Below, piece by piece: positions 39,675 through 52,469 of a stretch of 64,000 nucleotides of DNA. The stretch is from positions 1,240,001 to 1,304,000 of the forward strand of contig JANJGN010000041.1 in NCBI GenBank assembly GCA_026770705.1, in the 5' to 3' direction. Positions within the stretch are counted from its first letter, which is position 1, and the number at the start of each line of letters is the position of its first letter. The notes beneath the pieces were generated by a model, which saw only the letters and a program-made list of their open reading frames with translations, ran no database searches and was not told the origin of the DNA. Origin of the DNA: Isurus oxyrinchus. Taxonomy: Eukaryota. The translations under genes were made by a program, and so were the position numbers.

Positions 39675-40588
39675 TGAACCTAGTGGCAATTATAGTACTC
39701 CAGTGCAAGAGTTGTGGTCTCTCCGATCGTGTTACCCGTTATCTGGTTGCCATGGCAGTGTCTGATCTACTGATCATTATCCTGGACCTGAACTTGAGGC
39801 ACATTCCAATTGTGTTTGACAAATATTTTGTTTTCATGAAATCAATCCCTGTGTGTAATATTCATGCCGTCCTGCTTTATGCAACCACTGACTGTTCTGT
39901 CTGGTTTACTGTTGCTTTGATCGATTTGTGTCTATTTGTTGCCCAAAGCTGAAAAGGAAATATTGCAGGGAAAAAATGGCAGCTGTGGTTCTGGGCGCCG
40001 TGAGTGTGCTGAGCTGTTCAAAGGACATTTTCTGGTATTTTGTGCTCACAGGTCAGTATCGGCTCATTAACTTCCCCTGGTTTTGTGGTTACACAAATGA
40101 ATTTCTGTTTTCACCATTCTGGAGAATTATCGATTTCACCCATCACATTGTAACACCGTGCATCCCATTTGTGCTGATTGTGCTACTCAATATTTTGACC
40201 GTCAGGTTCATTTTAGTGGCCAGCAGGTGCCGCCAGAGACTCCAAGATCGGAGCAGAGGGAAGTGTCCCAGAGACCCAGAGATGGAGAGTCGAAAGAAAT
40301 CGATCATTTTACTGTTTGTGATCTCAACCAATTTCATACTGCTTTGGGCATTGTTAAAGTTTTTTTTCTATATGGATCCGGATGTATGATCTTGGCTATA
40401 ATTCTCTGTATCTACATTATTTTGTTCTGGACTTGGGTTACATGCTGCAACTCCTGAATTGCTGCACAAACACTCGGATTTACGCTTGGACCCAGACTAA
40501 GTTCAGGGAACAGTTGTGGAGTATGTTAAAATATCCCTTTACTCAAATTCTTCAATTAGTTCAATTATTCGGTCGTCCGAATCACTAG
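39675..40588 (+). pseudogene. GPR139-like: Exon 2 of GPCR copy B, two frameshifts
   Basis: Motifs YLVAMAVSDLLIIILDL, CNIHAVLLYATTDCSVWFTVA, (DRF)VSICCPKLK, PCIPFVLIVLLNILTVRFILVASR, RKKSIILLFVIS and NTRIYAWTQTKFREQL. Confidence 0.88.
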
Positions 40589-41049
40589 AATTCCCAGAAT
40601 TATTCCATTTAATTTCTCATCTCCAGCACTGGCATGGGTCTGTAACTGAAGGGCATGAAACACTTCAAGTTTCATGATTTTTCACATTGAATTTCGCTTT
40701 CCAACGGGCGAAGGGCAATTTCAACTGGGGGGAATGTATCTCTAGAATATTATGGAATTTTCACGTACAATTTCACATTTCCAATGGGGGCAGGTGTATG
40801 TTACAAGGCACAAGTTCAAAACAGGCAATGCTCTCAGTCATATCCTTTCCAGAAACAGAGTAGGAGCTCTCAGCATGTGGAAACGTTATTTTTGTCATCC
40901 AGTAATTACAGTGTAAGTACACGTGTTTGCTCAATTGCTCTGTTGCCCCTCTAGTCATTTAGCTGAAGACATGTGTCTCATTGGAACAGGCAGCTTTCTC
41001 AGTGTCCAAAGTGCACTTATATCCTCTACAATAAAAAGGTCTCTTCCCA

Positions 41050-42070
41050 AGAAAGTATCCAAATAATTCAATTTGCTTCCAGTTTTCAAAAAAAGAAATG
41101 TATCTAGTAGTTACATACAACTAAGAATTGGGAAAGAGGAAATGTAACCACAGTTTGAAGAAAAATATGAAGAGTGACTTTTCTCTGTGGAGCTGTTAGC
41201 CTAACACCAGTATCAGCAGAAATGCTGGAATCTATTATAAATTGCGTTGTAACTGATCGTTTTGAAAATATTTGTAGGATTGGGCAGGGTGAGATTGGGA
41301 AAATTGTGTGAATTTATCCACTTCGGTCAGAAAATCAGAAATGCAGAGTAATTACTGCTAAATAGTCATTGTTGATGTGGATGTTGACTTGCATATGCTT
41401 GTTCATCAGTCACGGATAAACTATGAGGTAAAGCAAGCAATTAGAATTGCAACGGATATCTTGGCTTTCCTTGCAAGTGGTTTTGATTGCAGGAGTAATT
41501 ATGGCCTGCAGAATTTGCATTAAACGTTAGTGAGATAACAGCATGAAGATTTTGCGCAGATTTAGCCACTTGAATTGAGGAAGCATATATGTGCCATCGA
41601 GGGGTGCCAGGAAAGTTCTCCAGGCTGACCTCGTATGGTACGAGTTAAAGGAGACTGGGTCTGTGCCCTCGAGAGTTTAGAAGTATGATAGATTATCTTA
41701 TTCAAGCATATAAGATTCTTAAATTTCTCAGCCAATCAGGTACACAAAGGTTCTAACCCCAGTCTAGGTTTTCAAGATTAAGGGCAAATCCTCAGAATAT
41801 GAGGTCAAACATTTTGCACAGGGTTGCAGAGCTATGCCGTCAATTATACTGTGGTGCACCTCTTGAATTCGCTAACCCAGAGGGCTTTGAAAGCTGAGTC
41901 ATTGAGCATTTCTTAAAACAAGAACTGATAAATGTGCTGGTATTATAGTATGCAAGGGTTGCTGATGGCACTGGGCAATGGTGGTGAGGTAGAAGATGCC
42001 CCATTATCTAACTTAATTTTGGAGCAGATTCAAAGGGCCGAATGACCTGCTACTCTTGTATCCTAAGTCC
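41050..42070 (+). mobile_element. CR1 LINE fragments (paralogous 57920-58930)
   Basis: CTGTTAGCCTAACACCAGT (PVSLT) here; the paralog ORF 58687 has VVKHWNS..FKTKIDRFL. Confidence 0.65.
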
Positions 42071-43463
42071 CATTGCTCTTTGCTGCATGAGGAATCTCAT
42101 TCAGTGATTTATTTTTATCAATGCAGCATTCTAATATTGCAGAATATTGACGGGCGCTGTTCGAAGTCGTTTATTAACAAATAAGTTAGCAGAATGTCGA
42201 AATATTCACCTCAGGTACACTCAGGCCAACCTTATTCGAACAGTGAACACAGCAAAAGAAAATATTCTGTAGGCAATATAGGGAAACAGCAATTAACAGG
42301 ATGGATCCAATTGTGTTTATGGCCTGCAGAGACACCATCGGTCAACAGGTGGCCTTCTATGTTCAAATATCCAAATGAAAGAGTGTTCTAAATAGATTGA
42401 CTGGCTGCAGATAAACTGTCTTACCTATGACTCTATGGGAACTAAAAGGTATTGAGTATCTGAGTAACAATGAAGGATAAATCTGGAATGAATTGCAATG
42501 GAATGAATCAAATTCTTAGAATGATTCTATACCACTATATTCACCAGTGATCTTTTAGAACTTTGTTATGTAACGGAAAGCTCCATCATATCGCATATGT
42601 GCCTATACCTACACAATATTATTCCCGTGCTTATGTTCAGTAAATGCTTCATGGTTTTACGCTATTACCACTTGAGTCTGTCTGTATGGATGGACGAGTC
42701 AGCTTTCAATGATATGTTGATATTTCCCAGGTCTAATTTACACGTGGCATGTGAACCCGTTAATTTTTGAATGGCATTCTGAAGCAAACTCGTTCAACGC
42801 ACCCTCTGCATTCCTATGAGTCCACAGAGACTCTGTCCAGGGTTTGTTACAGTTCAGTTCCTTTTCCCTTTTTGCAATTTTGAAATGCCTTCTAAATGCA
42901 TAGTTCAGTTAATACATGTTGCAGAGTTTCACTATCTGCGCAACTCTTCACATGTTGTAAATCTCCCCTGACCATTGTAGAGGCCGTTTTAGCCCATCTT
43001 CACAATGCTGGGAACGATCCATGAGATTCTTAACCCTCCTTCTCGAACGCGAAACCCCTAACACCAGCCTTACGAAATGCAAACAAACACGCAAATACAT
43101 GGACACATGCACACACTTACATACACACAACTCCAAGGTATTACAATGATAGAGTCCATATTCTCCATCAGAGATGAGGCTGTGTTGCTTGCCTGTGACA
43201 ATGACGGTGATACAATATAAGACCGTTCCTAGCCCACAACATGTTTCTAGTCAGAATTCCCTGACACAGGTGAGGGACACAGCTATCAGCGTTGGCAGCC
43301 ATGAGGGTCGTGGCGAGGTATTTGAATAACCCCTTTGACATTAGCAGCTAAAAGATCTCCCCTTGAGGTCCAGCTAGGCTGCAGTGTATCACTGATTGTC
43401 CCTCTTGCTGCAATTCATTCATGGGATGTGGGAACCTTGTAAAAATTTCTAAGGGTTAGTTGT

Positions 43464-45263
43464 TGTTGTGATCCTAGCTGATGTTTTCACTTGACAAGTC
43501 AGATTGCAGAATGGAACATGGATTGATAGGCCATTTGTTATCTTTGTTAACCTTCCAGTTTACTAACTGAAATAGGTTCTGGTTTATGCTGTGTTATTTT
43601 TGAAACAAAAGATAAAATGTTTACTAAACAGTAAGCATTGAACATATTGCATGAGGAATCAAAGAGTTTGGAAATATTTGAACACAGGCACCAAGAAGTA
43701 ACTGGCTCAAAATCAGGATATCCATTTTAACATTACTGCAGTTACGGCCGTAGACTCCATTGAAGAGATGCCATTATTTCCACATCCAGCGTAAAACCGG
43801 CTCAGTTGAAAAGATGGCTCTTTCCCAGTTGACTTCTGAATAATCACTAGAAGATATTCGACAGTTGGTCTCCCCTTTGGGATGTCTATAAACTAAGTCC
43901 AAATCCAGTATTGTTCTAAATTTAGAGCAATGCATATGAGTTCCTTAACAATCTGGCATGATTTCCCGGAAGACTGAGTCTGAGACATTTTTCCTGTGTT
44001 GACTTTGTTGTATCCACATTGCAATTAACTAAAACAGTTCCTCCCAGTGTCCCAATGCCTCTGTGGGTCTCTCTCCGAACCCCTGTTGCTACAATGCAGC
44101 ACAGTTTATTTTTCTCTTACATTTGCTAAATTACAAACCATTTGTCACTGAGATATTCGCTTCAAGAAATATAAACACTTATTATAAATGCATGTATGCA
44201 AACAGGGCCAGAAGACTGCCACCTCAGCCTCACGTAATCTTAAAATGAAATCAGACGTAGTTATCACCCTTTTTTAATAAACACATATTAAAAAGATTAT
44301 AAATTAAACTGAACTTTATATCCTGTTCCTAACACCCAAAAATAAAAGCAAAACTCACTTAAAACGATACTTGTTCCAAACATTAATTTTCATCAAATCC
44401 GAAAGTTCGATTTTTTATTATTTAACAATGAGCCCTCGGTTATGCTTGACGTAACAAATATCAATGACTCATATTGATGAGTTTGGTAGAATTCCTTAAG
44501 TGTGATGTTAAACCTACCTAACAGAAATCAGTGAAGGAAGCATGGAAATCTCCTATCATTCAAGAGCCTCAGATTCCTTCAATGCTGACAGCAAAATGAA
44601 GTCTCCCCTCCTCTGTTTCATAAGGGGCGTTCAACTCCTTCTCTGAAGAACGATAGTGCTGACGCTGTCAAATTCTGTCTATAATACATCAGAAACTCCA
44701 AATTGCATTGCTATTTTTATTTCCATTTTTGTATCTTAGTTGGAAATAGTCCAAATGACCTATTTCCACTGCTTGCAGATGATGGTCATCACGTGAGCAC
44801 CCTTTGCGATTGCTCGCATCTGAGATAGAGTCTGAAAACAATGGATATTACTTACTCAGTACTCAAAAGATTACATTCTATTTTGAACAAATGATCTATT
44901 ACTTTAGATACGGATTACATGTGCAAATGCAATCCAAATCTGCATATCATAAACACAAAATGTCTTTAACAACTGGCATAAACATTCTACGCCAATTCCA
45001 TGCAGCCTAAACCAATTCTCATCAACTATTGACAAAGATCCCAAACAAAATTTGAGGAAAGGAATTGATTCCTCTCAAAATGCAGTTGTTCAGTCATACA
45101 GATATGGAAAATAAATTGTAAGCAGTTAGTCATCCATAACCGAATAATAAATTTTGTTTTTAGTGGCCGTTAGGGATTTACAATAAGTTCAAACAGCTGA
45201 GTTGAACATCTGGTTTTATTCTTCTCTCAAATAATAAAAATAAATTACAACCACTTTATAACG
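43464..45263 (-). mobile_element. LTR-like element (paralogous ~60375-62141)
   Basis: Minus strand begins (C/T)GTTATAAAGTGG and ends CAGCTAGGATCACAACA; no clean TSD. Confidence 0.4.
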
Positions 45264-45399
45264 GGTCCCTTGGCACCTTTTAAGAAATTTGGAACGGTTT
45301 CTTGGAAGTAGCTACTTTCCTGTTCTCAGATGGCCTAAGTGATTTACAGTCTCAATTGGAGAAATTCAACCTTGAATTATTTAAATGGTGCTTCAGATA

Positions 45400-47900
45400 A
45401 AATCCATCAATATTAGTTGAAACAAAATGCAAAGCACCTAAGAATTTAATATTAAAATTAAATCCATATAAATGAGACTGAAGCTTCAAGCTATTCTCCA
45501 GGAGCGGTCTCAGCAAGGCTCTATGCAATTCCAGGAGAGCTCTGTATTCCATTGCACAAATCCGCCTGTGAAAACATCTAATATATCATTTGCTTCCTGG
45601 TTTCTTGCTGCAGCTGAATTTTAGCTTTCAATGACTGAAAAACAACAACGCCCAGGTCAAATTGTGCATCAGCAGGTCCTAATATATCCTCGTTTAAGAA
45701 ATATGCTGCATTCTGATAGCTACCAATTTGGATAACTTCTCATTTTCCATATTATATTTCGTCTTCCATGCTCTTACCATCTTACATCGGGTGCATTAGA
45801 CCCTTTAAGGCTCTTTGCATCATCCACACAACTTACAACTTGTGTCTTCTGCAAACTTCGAAATGTCAAGTGCAGTTCCCACATTCAATTCACTGATGCG
45901 CATTATGAATGGCAGGGGATACAGGAACTGCTCCTTGCACCACGCCACTAGCCACATCCAGCCAACCAGAGAATGGCACGTTTCCTCCTTACTATCCGTT
46001 TTTTGTTCCTTAACCAATTCTCCATTTTTCAATATAGGCCAGTATATTACCCCAATCACGAGATATCCAATGTTGCATCATAGACTCTTGCATGGAACTA
46101 TGTCAAAAACATTTTGAAAATCCGAATGCACCACATCGAATATTCTCTCTTTCTATTCTGATATTTCAATTCTTACAGAAAATCTCTAACACGTTTGTCA
46201 AATACTATTTACCTATAATACATCCATGGACCCTCTTCCCAATCCAGATCCATTTACTAACTGTCCAGCTGAAATGTATTTTCCCATATATTCTAAGTTT
46301 TTCCATACCACTGATGTCAGGCAAAACGGTCTGCAGTTCCCCATTTTCTTCGCCCCTCCTTCTAGGGTTACATTTCTTGACCTTCAGAATTGCTGGAGCC
46401 ATTGCAGAGCCCATGGTATTTGGCAAGAATAACTCCACTGCAACTATTATATCTACGGCCACCTCTTTCAACACTCTGGCATGTTGGTCATCAGGTCCTG
46501 GGAATTTCTTAACCTTTAGCCCCACTGCTTTCTTAAGTTTTGCTCTTTGGACGCATTCTGGTTACAGGTGCTTATTCTCACAAGTCCCTTGTCCTCTGGT
46601 AGTTCTGGGAATTTATTTTTCTTTACACCTTCCTCCGTAAAGGGAGAAAAAAATAACGTGCTAATTTTCCCTTCTATTTCCTTTCTCTCCGTCTCAAATT
46701 CTCCTTGTATTTCCTATAATAGACCAATATTTTTTCGCTGCTAGTACTTTAATTTTCTAAGTAAGTATCGAAGTGTATTCATTGTTCTCGCCAACGTAGC
46801 TACAATTTTGGTTTTCTCTTCCTTATCAATGTTTATTTTTTATGTCATTAATTCTCCTTTGCTGAATTCTAAAAGCCTTCTGCTCCTCAGAGTTTTTACT
46901 TATTTCTCCACTTTATACACCTCCACCTTTTATGTAAAAAAAAAAATTATCATATCTTTTTAGGTGTAATAGATTTCCTGTTCTGTTTTCCTGTGCCCCA
47001 AATGCATGTTCAATTGTAGTAAACAATTTATTCACTCTTTAAATCTACGCTATTACATGGTTAATTTCATCCAATTTTTGTAACTCCCATATGCCACAAC
47101 CAATTTCCCCTTATATCTTAGTAGTTGCCTTTGTTTAGATTAAAGACCCTAATTTCAGATTTAAATGCCTCACTTTACAACTAAATATAACATTAGATTT
47201 TATTATGGTCACGCCCCCTTAATGGCCCATTTATAATCAGATAATTAATTTGCTCTTTCTCAATGCAAAGTAGTAGATGTGAACTCTCTGTTCCATAGTT
47301 GGTTCCACAAAGCGATGTCCCAAAATTGCTGATGGATACTACAAGATGAATGCTTTTGTGGCATGGTTAAACAGTAGCATTCTTTTCCCAGTATGTCCGT
47401 ATGTTGACCTATCTCATGATGACTGCATTTTGTTGTTATGTCCATCTTAACTTTCCTTATTAACACTGCACCCTCCATTAGCAGTACTCTTTGTTGCCAC
47501 CAAGTCCGATCATGCTTGCTGCCCCTTTCTTTTTCTCAGCTGCACCCAATGTGTTTCTGCCTCCTGATCTTAAGTTCTAAGAACCGCTCATTATTATTCC
47601 TCATCCATTATTAACAGCGCTACCCCAACTCCTTATACTTTTTGTCCATCCAAACAAAATGTCGAAAACCCTTGAGCAATCAGGGCCGAGTCGTGGTTGC
47701 CTGCGTCTATATATCTGAAAAGACAAATAAAAATATCATACCAGTTTACTTCTATGTGTGTTATCATTAATTTACCTCATTGGGAATGTTGTTTGCATTC
47801 ATATAGAGTACATTTAATGATGTATGTCCAGAAGCTATTGCCGTATCTGCTCGTGCACTCTTAGTTCTGTGTACCCTGACCCTCCCTGCGACATTCAGAT
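45400..47900 (-). mobile_element. CR1 LINE ORF2 remnant (APE to RT); a shorter paralog lies at 62140-63560
   Basis: LNVLYMNANNI (APE start), GLKVKKFPGPDDQHARVLKEVAVDI (RT N-terminus), ISKFAEDT (RT FADD-like). Confidence 0.8.
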
Positions 47901-47939
47901 TGTTATTTTCCTTATTGCAAGTGTGAGATATTTTTAACC

Positions 47940-49780
47940 GAACCAATACTGACATTCGAAACATTAAATATTTAAAAGCTCACTATTTGAGCCAATCAAA
48001 AAATTACATTACATGAGGTAAAAAATAACGGACTTCCATGAAACATTTAAAATCCGACATTTCTAAAACATTATTTAACTGACATCCCTTAAAAATAAAT
48101 TTATGTGATTTGTTTTAAGTATTCGTTAACTGACATTTCATAAATGTTGTGCAACAAAAATTTTTGAAACACAATGTGGCCGATGTTTCTGAAATATTTT
48201 TTGATTGGCATTTTCCAAATTATGATACATTTGTCTATTTTCGAAAGACTCTGGGCCTTACTTTTGAAAATTAAGATATAATTGCCTTTTTAAAACAAAT
48301 AAGTAACTGATATTTTAATCAGTTTTCAACTGACATTTTCAAAAATGCTATATTGCTGTTATTTTTCTCCAAAACTCTATAGCTCATTTTTTTAGCAAAC
48401 AATCTATAACTGTTTCTCTTAAATAATCTAAAATTGTCATTTTTGGAAATAATAAGAAATTCCTGTACCATTAAATAACCGAAATTACTGAAAGATTAAA
48501 TGACTGACATGCTCCAACTGAAATTTTTGAAGCATTGTAACAGTGACCTTTATGCAAACATTCGGAAACTGATATTATTTGAACCATTCTGTTTCTGTCA
48601 TTTCTTTCATTTAAATTATAAATGACATTTTGGAAAAGCTGTGCAACATAAATTTTTGAAACATTATGTATCTGACTTTTATTTTAATTTAAGGAAATTA
48701 CATTTTTGAACCATCTGTTAATTAGATCTTTGAAAAAGTTAGTAACTGATTTTTTCTGAAACACTAAATAATTGACATTTTTGAAGCAACATATTAGGCA
48801 TTATATGAAGCGAACTACACTGAGATTTTTGTGACATTTTGTAACTTATATTTTTGATACATTGTCTGAAATTCTTTGAAGCACTCCGTGACTGATATTT
48901 TCTGAAAGCGTCTCAAGCTGACCTTTCTTTAAACAATGGACAATTGAGGCTTTTTGCAACATTTTAAAACTGAATTTTTTTAATACATGCTGCAACTGAT
49001 ATGTTTTCAAACAAGCTACAAAAGACTTTCATGAAAGCTGCACAGCAGACATTATAGAAACATTAAATAACTGACTTTCATAACATTCAATTAATGGATG
49101 TTTGTGGAAAAAAGCACTTATATTGATATTTTCTGAATCAAGCAATTGCTGACTTAGAAATAATACTCCACCAGTGATATTTCTCGAAATGTCAATTTCC
49201 TTGCACTTCTGGCATCTTCTATGGCAGACTTGTTTCAAAAACACTGTAAGTGACATTTTTGCAACATTCACTAAATGACATTATGAAATATTGTCTAAGC
49301 TGAGCTATTTTATACATTCTCTGACATTTTTGAAACGCTCAATTAGTGGGCGTTCTTTGAAAGACTCTATAACAGATATTTTTTGCTTCTAAATACTTTG
49401 GAATGCACTGCATGGGACTGAGGTGGAGGCAGGTACAATCGCTGGAATCATAGTGTTTTAGATGATTAATTGAATCCAAACAATGTGCAGGGGTACGGGA
49501 AAAGGCAGGGCAGATGAACGAGGTCATAATGCTGATTTTGAGAGTTGGAGCAGAAACGCAGGAACAAATGGCCTCTTTCTGTCTCATAAACATTCTGTGT
49601 TGCAGTAATTGACATTTATTTTAAGCATTCTAAAACTGACATTGTTTGAAACTTTAAATAACGGATATTTTTAAATTTGTACACCCAATTTTTTTTTAAG
49701 AATGTTTAACTGACATTTTTAAAACCTTAAATAACTGACATTTTTAAAACAAGCTGTAAATGAAATTTTTGGAATGCTAA
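47940..49780. repeat. AT-rich degenerate ~25-26-bp minisatellite (TAACTGACATTTTTGAAACATT..); paralog from ~63640 to the end
   Basis: Recurrent AACTGACATTTTT core; interrupted by a CR1 3' fragment at about 49400-49600. Confidence 0.75.
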
Positions 49781-50021
49781 TTTATCTAAGTTATTTTCCT
49801 TCCAGTGATGACATCAAATATGGAATCATCATTCAGAGAAATAGTCTGTTTTTGTCTTTCTAGATTATTAAAATCAATATCCAAATAATGTCAGTCGAAG
49901 TTTTCAGTTGTTAAGCCACATCCTGAATTAGAACCTGGCTTGATAGACCCTAACATTCTTTAAACAGTGAAGGAAAGTGACTGAACACATTCACAAGAGT
50001 CTACTGATACTCTTTGAATGC

Positions 50022-50425
50022 ATTGACAAAATTACTTATTTGACAAAATAAAATAGACCAGACAAAAAAATTGAAAAATCACAATATGCAGCACAGGAAC
50101 GTGATTCAAATATACAATCTTCCGAGTATGGGCAACAGCTTTAAACACACATACAGATTATGAATGATTTTAAATAAATCACAGAATCACACAGGGCATA
50201 AGAGGCCATTCGGCCCATTAATTCTAAGTCCAATCATGAGAAACACCTGACCTAACTACCTAATCCCATTTACCAGCACTTGGCCAATCGCCTTGAAAGT
50301 CATAATCCTAATATTCTTGCTAAGTATGAGTTTTATGTGAATTGGCAGGCGAAATATGATCAGGCACACTGAAGTAATTTATTTAGCTTTTCTGCAGACT
50401 TTTGGTTTTGGAAATATTCTGGCTG
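50022..50425 (+). repeat. 404-bp direct repeat, copy 1
   Basis: Identical line by line to 52066-52469 (offset 2044). Confidence 0.92.
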
Positions 50426-50859
50426 AACAATATGTTCCTGCGTGATTAAGGGGTTGTGACTGCTGCTCCCAGGTCAGAGCGCAGCGATAAAGCATCAATT
50501 TCTGAGAGTTAGCAGACCGGGCAGTTTGCAGACCGTCATCCCGTTCAATGAGTGCTGCAGCCTGGGTTGTCCTGTCTGGGAGGCTGCAGGCAGCAACCCA
50601 GAAAAAGGGGTGGTATCTTAAGGCAAGTGGATTTTATGGTCCCACCGAACTTAATGGAGCTAAAAAGGGTCGGCGCATTTTTTGCCTCATTTCCTGCCAT
50701 TCCAGCCCCCCACCCAACCACGCAGTCCCGCCCCGTCATGAGGTCCTCAATTTCAGCCAAGGTCACGGTCAGCATTTTAAAGACCCCCTCCCAAGGGACA
50801 GTTTTAGATGACCCATCAGGTGACCAATCTCGTGGATTAACTGTGCAGAGAGAAGTTTG

Positions 50860-51216
50860 CAGGGAGGCGTTGGGTTATTATCACTGGAATAGTAATCCAG
50901 AAGACCAGGGTAATGTTCTGGGGATCCGGGTTTTACAGATGGTGGACTCAGGCACAGCAGACTGGAATTTGAATTCAATACAAATCTGGAATTGAAAGTC
51001 TGATGCTGACCTTGGAACCATTGTGGATTATTGCAGATATACATCTGGTCATTAATGTCCTTTCGGAAGGGAAATAAAGCTGTCCTTAACTGGTCGGGCA
51101 TCCATGTGATTCCAATGTATTTTACTGTACACTGTCCTCTGAACAGCATCAATTAGGGATGGATAATAAATATTGACCTGGCCAGCGACGGCCAGATCCA
51201 TTGAAGTAAAAGAAAA
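50860..51216 (+). mobile_element. tRNA-type SINE sharing its 3' tail with the second LINE family
   Basis: Ends CAATTAGGGATGGATAATAAAT..GGCCAGCGACG..AAAAGAAAA, the same tail as 12790-12856. Confidence 0.6.
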
Positions 51217-51599
51217 TCAGTCTGGCTCGGCAGCCCCTTTAAATTGCAGATATTATGTGCAAAGTGTGTTAATACCTCATGGATGCGTCATGACTAGATC
51301 TCAGGCCCAATGCAACTTCGAAAAGAAGCGAAGAAGCCATAAAGGAGGGAAATAGCTTAGAAAGGCAATACTTATCCACTAATTTTTGAGAACTAAAGTA
51401 AAACGATGAAAGAGAATATAAATGATATCTTCACCCCCATCTTCTTTAATCAAAATTCAACAGGCTGATACGAAGTTAAGAAAACTTTATCAAACAGCCC
51501 ACTCGGAGACTGAATCAATACAAAACACCTGAGTGTTGTTATTTAAAATACAATGTGCTAATGAGGAAATAGATACCACCTCAAATACCAGCCAATGAG

Positions 51600-52060
51600 C
51601 AATGGGTCTTTTTCATAAGCTTCCATCTGGGTGTCATAATGTCATTTTACGAGTGGCTCACTGGTTTCCAATGGCACTTCATTTGGTTATTACGAAAACA
51701 CAGGCCAGCGCACCGAAAATTTTATGTATTTACCGTAATGCCAAGGCTAAAGTCTGCCAGACATGTCATACATGTCAGGTAGTGGGGAAATACCGATCAT
51801 CAATTAAACATGCACCTCGGACAGCGGAAGAATGTATTTTGCCTTGCATGGTGTAAGGTACGTGGTGTATCACCCATAAAGTAGCATTCTTAGAGGTTTA
51901 ATGCAGGGAAATTAGACCTAGTGAAGGAAGAGGTCAGGTTCATGATGGGAGATGGCATTATTAAAACGAGTCACAGCGCATGGAGCACACTCCTTGTAAT
52001 GGTACCAAAACCAGTTGTGATATAATGATTGTTTACAGTCGATGGCAAAGTTAATACTGT
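51600..52060 (+). mobile_element. Gmr1-like Gypsy remnant: integrase Zn-binding (HHCC) domain followed by the RT N-terminus
   Basis: ILRVAHWFPMALHLVITKTQA..VCQTCHTCQVVGK, then MMGDGIIKTSHSAWSTLLVMVPKP. Confidence 0.75.
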
Positions 52061-52065
52061 CACAT

Positions 52066-52469
52066 ATTGACAAAATTACTTATTTGACAAAATAAAATAG
52101 ACCAGACAAAAAAATTGAAAAATCACAATATGCAGCACAGGAACGTGATTCAAATATACAATCTTCCGAGTATGGGCAACAGCTTTAAACACACATACAG
52201 ATTATGAATGATTTTAAATAAATCACAGAATCACACAGGGCATAAGAGGCCATTCGGCCCATTAATTCTAAGTCCAATCATGAGAAACACCTGACCTAAC
52301 TACCTAATCCCATTTACCAGCACTTGGCCAATCGCCTTGAAAGTCATAATCCTAATATTCTTGCTAAGTATGAGTTTTATGTGAATTGGCAGGCGAAATA
52401 TGATCAGGCACACTGAAGTAATTTATTTAGCTTTTCTGCAGACTTTTGGTTTTGGAAATATTCTGGCTG
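52066..52469 (+). repeat. 404-bp direct repeat, copy 2
   Basis: Identical to 50022-50425; sits where unit 1 has about 1.6 kb of Gypsy sequence. Confidence 0.92.

Larger units (their letters stand above)
38843..40588 (+). pseudogene. GPR139-like: GPR139/GPR142-like GPCR pseudogene, copy B (exons 38843-39017, 39675-40588)
   Basis: Exon 1 MDQNLRT..GYYPILSIVGVS-G|GTAAG, with acceptor TTTGCAG| at 39674. Exon 2 is split over ORFs 39674, 39928 and 40382 by a 7-nt deletion near 39918 (GCTTT[CACCTTT]GAT, CTTT microhomology) and +1 T in the T8 run at 40360-40367. Confidence 0.9.
35900..49780 (+). repeat. Tandem segmental duplication, unit 1 (contains GPCR B)
   Basis: Collinear anchors 36010~51820, 37841~52479, 38843~53488, 39675~56547, 43280~60190 and 48000~63650. 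Confidence 0.85.

Noticed and set aside
39674-40588. Functional receptor from copy B through compensating frameshifts
   Set aside because: The net indel is -6, but the shifted frame stops at 39950-39952. The 7-nt deletion removes residues before DRF and is not a homopolymer error.
50022-52469. Young LTR retrotransposon or TRIM with identical LTRs
   Set aside because: There is no TG..CA pair, TSD or recognisable PBS/PPT, and the internal Gypsy piece is old and also present in unit 1 without these repeats.
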